DNA from: Zancudomyces culisetae HAW-14-8 | Lineage: Eukaryota > Fungi > Kickxellomycota | Assembly (NCBI GenBank): GCA_052426225.1 | Contig: JBNJNM010000010.1 | Location: 496,001 to 560,000, forward strand | DNA length: 64,000 nucleotides | Direction of reading: 5' to 3' | Part shown: positions 57,405-64,000 of the stretch, piece after piece | Position numbering within the stretch: position 1 is the first letter of the stretch | Layout: the number at the start of each line of letters is the position of its first letter | Position numbers and translations under genes: made by a program | Notes under the pieces: model-generated | Database searches by the model: none | Seen by the model: the letters and a program-made list of their open reading frames with translations, nothing else | What the model was told of the DNA's origin: nothing

Positions 57405-60400
57405 TCAAGCAGTAAATCTAGTTGGTTCGGGTGAATTAGTTGAAACCATGTTGTTATCTTCCGGTTTGGAATCAATGGCTATTTCTGGTGGGTAACTCTC
57501 TGTTAGATCAACCACAGGCACTTGGAGAAACATTGGTGTTTCATCATCCTCCTGATCCCCGCCACTATCTTTTTTCTTTTTTTCGTCATTGTCCTGGTCT
57601 TGCTCTAGCATATTTTGTTTGCGTTCCTGATCAAGGAGTTCGCTAATGTCATTTAAAGCGCTTGTCTTTGCCAACGGGGACGAAATCTCCCTTGAAAAAA
57701 GTTGAGACAAGTTTTTATTCAGTTTTTCCAGAGAGGAGTACGTTGAGATACCAGTACCAGACGAGAATTGCAAAATAGATGGTGTAGGCGTGGGACTCGA
57801 TGGCTGAGGCGTTTGTGTTTGTGCTTTAGTATCAGAGGCATAATATACATATGGATCGTGCGAGGCTGCCCTAGCTGCCAAGCTTGGAGGATTACTGAGT
57901 GGGTTGTTTGTTATTGTGGGCGCCCTAACAAACTGGTTTAGAAGAATAATTAAAACAATAGTCACTAAAATAGCCAGCTGCGCAAAATTGACACGGCGTT
58001 CATGCGCCAACTCGTTTGAAAGCGAATCAATTCGCGTGTAAATGGTATTGAATTCATCACGGTTTTGTTGTTGGTATGATTCCACGTCAAACAATATCGT
58101 TCGCCATATCTCCTCGCTTATTTCTACTAGCGATTTGACCTGTCTAGTGGTTGATCGGTTCAAATGATAGACTGCCCGGTTCAAGTGGTCAAAATTAGAT
58201 ATCTGCACTTTTGTCAATATTTCATTAAACGAATCGCTTTGATTATTTAGGAAATTTAGTGCCAACGTCATATTACGTTCCAAATACATCAGCCTTAGTG
58301 TTATTTTTTTAAATATACTATCTTCAGAACCATTTCCAATTCCAGGCGCCGACCCAAGCTCAGGTCCAGCAGCGACTGATGGGTAGCTCTCAGATCCATT
58401 TTTCTGCGGACTTGATGGATTTTTCTTGGCGTTTTTTTCCTCCAAAGGTAAAACCTGGGGTTTGTTTTCCTGTTTGTGAACATCAGCTGGTACATTTTTG
58501 CACATATCATCAGAATTCAATACCGTCCCACCAGCACCATCACACACTTTGTTTATGGGTTGAAGTTTATCGAGTTGTGGTGCATCGGTAGACATGGTAC
58601 AAGTGTTAGTGAACTTTTTGGCTTTTTCTAGCTTGAGCTGTGGCATGTCTATTAGTGCAGAGAGTGGTGAAACATACTGGATTGTTCCTGTTGGAATGTC
58701 CTCGTTTAGTCCCGCGGGATACTGTAGCTTTTCCTCGTAACCACTCTGCTCATCTTTCTCTATGTCTGAGCCCTGCTTCTCATTTCCAACTTTAGGAGCG
58801 TCTTTATTGACATCCAACATAGAATGAGGCGCGTCTATTTGCTTTTGTATGAGATCTGGCGACAATCCAATAACTAGCTTCTCAAAGTCGCTCATGTAAG
58901 CATTTAGAGAGCTGCTTGCGTCATGACCCAAGCCAGATCGCGTGATATATACGTTTGGAATGGATTCAGAGGGCGCATCAATAACGCTCATTTCTTCTTC
59001 TGCCTCATACCTGTACTTTTCAATCTGTGTAGTTCCATACACTTTAAACTCAGTAACTGGACAAAAATGTTCGTTTCTGTAGTGGCTTAGAATCTCTAGC
59101 TTTATGTACTTGGCCCATGTTTTGGGTTCCTTCATAACAAATACTTGTTCATTCCGATTGTTTTTTGCCGTAAATTCTCCCAGAACTGTCCAATTATTAT
59201 TCTTTGGTGGATACCTATCACTGACCAAAAACCGAACGTCTCGAAAAGTTGATGAAAAAAACTCATAATTCGACAACAGGATCCGATCAATCAGTATCAC
59301 ATCACATAATTCTACAACTACAAACTTGTCCTTTACCGAGCATTTATTGAGCATATATGTATCCCGCTTACTCGATAATATATTGCTGCTCTTCTTTGCC
59401 TCTTTGTTACTCTTTATTATCACTGCACCACAATCTGTAGACGCATAGTTAAATCGATCTTTTAACCGCAAACCATCATATCTAGACAGCCATGATGACT
59501 TTGGCTGCTGTTGTGTTGATTCTTTCTCATTCTTAGAATCTGCTGGATTGTCCTTTTCTTTTTCCTTTTGCATCTCTTTCACTTCATGTTCCAACTGTTT
59601 TTCTGTGTTGCTGCTATTGCATACCAGGGTATCTCCTGTAGACTCTACATTTTCATTGCTACTGGTGCTTTCCTGCACAGTGATATCCGAAGCCTGTGTT
59701 TTTTTGTACTGCTCAGACGCACTTTCAATTATAGTACTAGTATACTCTTTGGAAGCAGCAGTTGACGTGATGTGTACAGTATTTGTGTTGAGACCTTCCG
59801 CAGGGGCTTCGTGGCTTGAGCCGTCCGTTTTTCTACTCTCTAGATTATCTACATTTAACCTTTGACTCATTATACTAGTTTTTTCAATTCTTTGAATTTT
59901 TTCTAACTCTTCTAAAGCTTGATCACCCTTTCCTTGTTTAAGGCCATCACGCTCGCGTTTGCCCTCAACTTTGGAGCTCCTTTCGCCAGGTTTACTACCT
60001 GTTAAATGCATCTTTTCGTTTCTGGTTATTTCTGGTTTAACTATGCCATTTTCTCCGTGCTGTTCCACACTAGCTGAATCGTTATTAGCATTTTCGTTAT
60101 TTTCTGTACCCACTATCTTTGTGGATTTACTTATATTAGTATCAATTTTCTGCGGTTCATGAGAATGTTCTGCTAATTTAATTCCAGCAGGTGTCGATAA
60201 TGGTGAGGATTGTTGAGTACTGCTGCTAGACCTGTCATCTAAAAGCTTAGAGCCTACCGAATCTTCGCTCAGGGTGGTACTATTTTGAAGCTTTTCTTTT
60301 ATTTCAACTGTGTTCGTTGCTAGCTGGGATTTTGTTTTTTCTACAGGGGTGCCAGGCGCTGCTACTTGCTGTGCATACTTCTCTTCTCCTTGCTCTATTT

Positions 60401-60503
60401 TGAAATTACTCGCTGGATTTTGTACACTCAGACCGCTCAAGGCTAACAGCCATAAGATTACAACAAAACCTAACAATCCTAAATTGCGTGCAAATCTGTT
60501 CAT
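57405..60503 (-). CDS. SLP1: Mid-SUN domain ER membrane protein (Slp1/SUCO family)
   Basis: Signal/anchor sequence, then RFNYASTDCGA, YMLNKC, FVVVELCDVILID, NYEFFSSTF and HFCPVTEFKVYG; a DSIFKKITLRLMYLERN coiled coil and a C-terminal transmembrane segment. Confidence 0.92.
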   Translation of the reverse strand: MNRFARNLGLLGFVVILWLLALSGLSVQNPASNFKIEQGEEKYAQQVAAPGTPVEKTKSQLATNTVEIKEKLQNSTTLSEDSVGSKLLDDRSSSSTQQSSPLSTPAGIKLAEHSHEPQKIDTNISKSTKIVGTENNENANNDSASVEQHGENGIVKPEITRNEKMHLTGSKPGERSSKVEGKRERDGLKQGKGDQALEELEKIQRIEKTSIMSQRLNVDNLESRKTDGSSHEAPAEGLNTNTVHITSTAASKEYTSTIIESASEQYKKTQASDITVQESTSSNENVESTGDTLVCNSSNTEKQLEHEVKEMQKEKEKDNPADSKNEKESTQQQPKSSWLSRYDGLRLKDRFNYASTDCGAVIIKSNKEAKKSSNILSSKRDTYMLNKCSVKDKFVVVELCDVILIDRILLSNYEFFSSTFRDVRFLVSDRYPPKNNNWTVLGEFTAKNNRNEQVFVMKEPKTWAKYIKLEILSHYRNEHFCPVTEFKVYGTTQIEKYRYEAEEEMSVIDAPSESIPNVYITRSGLGHDASSSLNAYMSDFEKLVIGLSPDLIQKQIDAPHSMLDVNKDAPKVGNEKQGSDIEKDEQSGYEEKLQYPAGLNEDIPTGTIQYVSPLSALIDMPQLKLEKAKKFTNTCTMSTDAPQLDKLQPINKVCDGAGGTVLNSDDMCKNVPADVHKQENKPQVLPLEEKNAKKNPSSPQKNGSESYPSVAAGPELGSAPGIGNGSEDSIFKKITLRLMYLERNMTLALNFLNNQSDSFNEILTKVQISNFDHLNRAVYHLNRSTTRQVKSLVEISEEIWRTILFDVESYQQQNRDEFNTIYTRIDSLSNELAHERRVNFAQLAILVTIVLIILLNQFVRAPTITNNPLSNPPSLAARAASHDPYVYYASDTKAQTQTPQPSSPTPTPSILQFSSGTGISTYSSLEKLNKNLSQLFSREISSPLAKTSALNDISELLDQERKQNMLEQDQDNDEKKKKDSGGDQEDDETPMFLQVPVVDLTESYPPEIAIDSKPEDNNMVSTNSPEPTRFTA

Positions 60504-61234
60504 TTTATATTTTTAGCTCTTCTTTTTAACCATTTTTTATTCAATTGCTATGGTGATATCTGTATTAATCACGATTGCCACAGATAAGCGTTTATACAAT
60601 ATGCATCTCTAAATAATGAGCATTAAAAAAGTGGATTTGCCAAAGAAAAAATATGTAAAAATACTTGCAGCGTACTATACCATTCACAAAACTACACTAC
60701 ATTTCCTTGTGTTTGTTTTCGCAATTGACGCTGGATTTAATAATTAGCTCTACTTTTGAAATTTTTTTTTACATTGTGTAAGCTTTATTTCACCACCCTC
60801 TAACACCATTCTTGTATATTCATTTGCTTTCGCATAGCTTTCCCTCACATACAATTTATTACCTGCAAAAAACAAAATAGATGTTGTCAATCTAATATAA
60901 TGGCCAAATATCTACAATATAATCCTGAAATAGCTTTACACATAAAATTTAAAACAGCCATGATCCAGAGTCCAAAATCCGTTTGACGCTCTCATTAAAT
61001 GAAAACTAGACAAATTTGTACATGATTAACCAATATCATAAATACTGGTACCTCGAAAAAGTTGACCTTCTCATTCCTTCATTCCTTCATTCCCTCTTCA
61101 CCACCCACGCCCCCCCCCCCCCTACCTTTGTGCTGAATCTTAGTTGGCCTCATTATATCTGTTACAGTAGAACTAACCAAAAAAAAATTCAGCTTGCGAT
61201 CCTGAGTTTAGAACAGGTTTACAACAAAAATTTA

Positions 61235-62944
61235 TTAGTTAATTGCATCGGTATACAAAGTAAACAAGAATAATAGCTGGTCGACCCTAGAAAGTTCTAA
61301 AGGCTGAGACGCAGAATATTTTTCAGTATAAATTTCCATCAATCTATTGATCATAGTTTTCTTGGCCTCTTCAGTCATATTATTGGTGATTGTGTTCAAT
61401 GTTGGTAATGGTGCGGCTGGCGATGTACTACTGATAAGTGTGTCTGTGGCGGTCTTTGTGGTTTCTATGGCACTAGAAATAGCAGTTGATAAGGCTGGAG
61501 CAATCGGATTGACTTCTGCATTGATAGAAATAATATCAGCAGGCAAGTCGTCCATCTTTTTGTGGAATGGACCTACACCTCCAAACATTTCCTCTTCATC
61601 AAGGTTGGAATCCAATAGAGATGCCTCAGCATTAACTGCGCTACTATTCGCAGAGGTTGCTGTGGTAGTTAAGGGAGCGGGAGCGGGAGCGGAGGTGGAA
61701 GTGACGGTATCATTTGAAACAGAAGAAGAAGAAGTGGACGAGGAAGCTGTAGATGCTACGATGGATGCAATCGAGGGTTGTTCAACTGCCACTTTTGCTG
61801 CCTTTCCGTTTTGCGCCTGGTCTTCTCCGCTACACATCCCAAAGTTTTCACCTAGGCATTGGCCATTTCCATCCAGTATTTTCTTCAGTGAGTAATAAAT
61901 CTCTGAATGAAGTTCATTTATATACTTGGATTCTTCAGAGGTTAATGCAAGATCGCACACTACATTTGATGTAGAGTTGGTGCTTACATTCGCATTTTCA
62001 TTAATTTCTACTGCAGATAGCCGTGGAGGCTGTTCTTCTGAGGCCTTCGTCGTAGGATTATTCAAGACATCACCACCACTTTCCTGTGTCTGTACATTTG
62101 AAGGTGTTTCGGGACTACTACCAGGATTCAAATCGGTACTAGAGCTATTGTCGACCACACTATCACTGGCTGACGAAATCACCTCGGTTTCGCTTTTGTG
62201 GCTTTTAACTATTGGTTTTAGCTCCTGGCCGTTCAAAAACGGGATATCAACAATATCCGCCTGTTTTCTTCTTTTTATCAAAACACCAGCAGCAAATCCA
62301 TTAATTGAGCCGAGCGCACCACCGTTGTTTGTTGTTGACCCCAAAGAACTAGATATGCCGCGCACACGTTTAGCCTTGGCCTCTCCTTGCTGAGCGCACT
62401 TTTCCCTTGCTGCCTTTAATCTTTCAATAAAATTCTTTGAAAATTCGGTAAGTTCCTTGTATTTTTGCTCATTCTTCAGTTGAGTAGGACCGAAAGACCG
62501 CATTACTATTTTTTCAATCAACTTTTTTTCTTGATCATTTAAAAATTCTTTTTTCGGTAGTGCTGGATCTGCGATTTTGTCTTGAACTTGTACTTCAGGC
62601 AAGTTTTTGTCTTGTTGTTGTATTTGTTGAAGCTCTTGAGACTCTTGGCGTTGATCTTCTTCGCTAATTTCTGTGACTAGCGGCACTGAGATCGTAGGCG
62701 ACGCTTGTGTTGCTGCTAAATACTCATTTACCGATTCTTCACCACTTGAGATTACATAATAGTCACTATATTCACTTTCTTGTCGTTTTTGTACGTCTCT
62801 GTTGACATTGTCAAGGTCGTCTTTCAGAGCTTGTGATAAAAATGGCGATTTCAACTTTGTGCTGCCAGTATGTACTGAATGGCTTATTTTGGAAGGTCGA
62901 TGCTCAAAGGTTAAATTTACACCGCTTACGGAGATAACTGGCAT
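61235..62944 (-). CDS. Hypothetical low-complexity protein (569 aa)
   Basis: Long ATG-initiated ORF rich in Ser/Thr/Glu/Gln with a possible NLS (IKRRK); no family recognised. Confidence 0.7.
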   Translation of the reverse strand: MPVISVSGVNLTFEHRPSKISHSVHTGSTKLKSPFLSQALKDDLDNVNRDVQKRQESEYSDYYVISSGEESVNEYLAATQASPTISVPLVTEISEEDQRQESQELQQIQQQDKNLPEVQVQDKIADPALPKKEFLNDQEKKLIEKIVMRSFGPTQLKNEQKYKELTEFSKNFIERLKAAREKCAQQGEAKAKRVRGISSSLGSTTNNGGALGSINGFAAGVLIKRRKQADIVDIPFLNGQELKPIVKSHKSETEVISSASDSVVDNSSSTDLNPGSSPETPSNVQTQESGGDVLNNPTTKASEEQPPRLSAVEINENANVSTNSTSNVVCDLALTSEESKYINELHSEIYYSLKKILDGNGQCLGENFGMCSGEDQAQNGKAAKVAVEQPSIASIVASTASSSTSSSSVSNDTVTSTSAPAPAPLTTTATSANSSAVNAEASLLDSNLDEEEMFGGVGPFHKKMDDLPADIISINAEVNPIAPALSTAISSAIETTKTATDTLISSTSPAAPLPTLNTITNNMTEEAKKTMINRLMEIYTEKYSASQPLELSRVDQLLFLFTLYTDAIN

Positions 62945-64000
62945 TTTTAAAAATCGTATGTATAATTATGCGTTTATTTTATTGCTTGTATTCTTCTCGA
63001 TAATGAGACCTGATGCTAGTTCGTGCAAAATTTCCCCCTGTTATGTGTTTAGTTTGTTGAAAGTGATTAATAAAAAAAAGGATAGTTTATTTTTTACAAT
63101 GTGAATGTTTCTATGCCTTACTACCTTTACTATTCTTATTGCATGTGGAAAATTTGGAAGAAGGGATTTGAGGTTTAAGGTTACAAAAGTATGAAAATAT
63201 AAAAAGATTGACAATTGTAGGCTGAGCGGAAACGTTAATCTAGTTTTAGTGGCTGTCCCTTTTTTTCCTGAAAGTTTTTTTGGGGGGTCTTGAGTTCCAC
63301 AGAATTAACCAATTTATCAAACTTCAGGTGTTCAATTGAATTCAACCAAACTAATTAAATTTCTCTTTGGAATATCCCATTTGCTCACAGAAATTAAAAG
63401 TTATAATTAGAAAAGGTCTTGTGCTGAAATGGCCAGGGAATTGCAGGTTCGTTTTTTATTCCTTATGTAATTGAGTAGTTTTATAAGTGAGAAAGTTCAC
63501 CCAGATATTTTTAGTAGCAATTAATTATGTTATCGTGTTCTAGTTTCGTGTAAATGGTGCTAAGTAGATTTAGCTTTTTAGGAACTGGGATATTTGCCTG
63601 AACACCAATTCTGGAGAATCAAAGCAGCGGGACAAAAAGGCAATTTATGTGCAAAATCCAGTGGAAATCTCTAGAAAGTTCATGGAAAAATCCCATCATT
63701 CTGTGGAAGCTAATGTATTTCAATGGTAGAAAATCCAACCAAACAAACAAACAGGTAATTGGAAAAAGACAAACAAATACCAACACACCCTCAAGTAAAC
63801 AAACACAAGAAAACAACACAAATGCTAGCGGAATGATTTGTTCCGTAGGCAGAATATGCACTGTAAACTGCTTTTTGCGCATTCAAATGTTGATTTTGCT
63901 TCATGATGTTACTCTTCCCTTTCCCATCAACATTGTTGATTGGAAAAAGATGTTATAAACAAAGAAAAAAATGCACTGGCAGACCAGAAAAAGAACAGCA

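Overview
AT-rich eukaryotic DNA with short GT-AG introns and CTAAC/CTAAT branch points. Gene content points to a fungus (Zn2Cys6 factor, DUF1748, Gfd2/QIP-like exonuclease), probably an early-diverging lineage such as Kickxellomycotina/Harpellales; the taxon is an inference. I support about 20 protein genes (15 minus, 5 plus): AP-1 beta-adaptin (5' end cut off), a Gfd2/QIP-like DEDDh exonuclease, long-chain acyl-CoA ligase, glutaredoxin, an Ntr2/PAXBP1-like splicing factor, SLX4, trimethyllysine dioxygenase, PIG-V/GPI18, two secreted Ser/Thr-rich proteins, a cytochrome P450, a peroxisomal ACAD10/11-type dehydrogenase, a Zn2Cys6 factor, proteasome beta2, a DUF1748 microprotein absent from the ORF track, a PPR protein, a perilipin, a SUN-domain protein and one orphan. 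The standout is an intronless 1092-aa ORF (39734-43012, minus) fusing a canonical Leu2 3-isopropylmalate dehydrogenase to a complete aconitase-family isomerase (large and small subunit) that lacks Leu1 signatures. An unannotated box H/ACA snoRNA (about 15858-16144) has a guide pocket complementary to the 18S site equivalent to yeast Psi1290. Several other hairpin clusters and a possible weak-donor intron in the glutaredoxin gene deserve checking. No tRNA, rRNA, CRISPR array or intact transposon was recognised.
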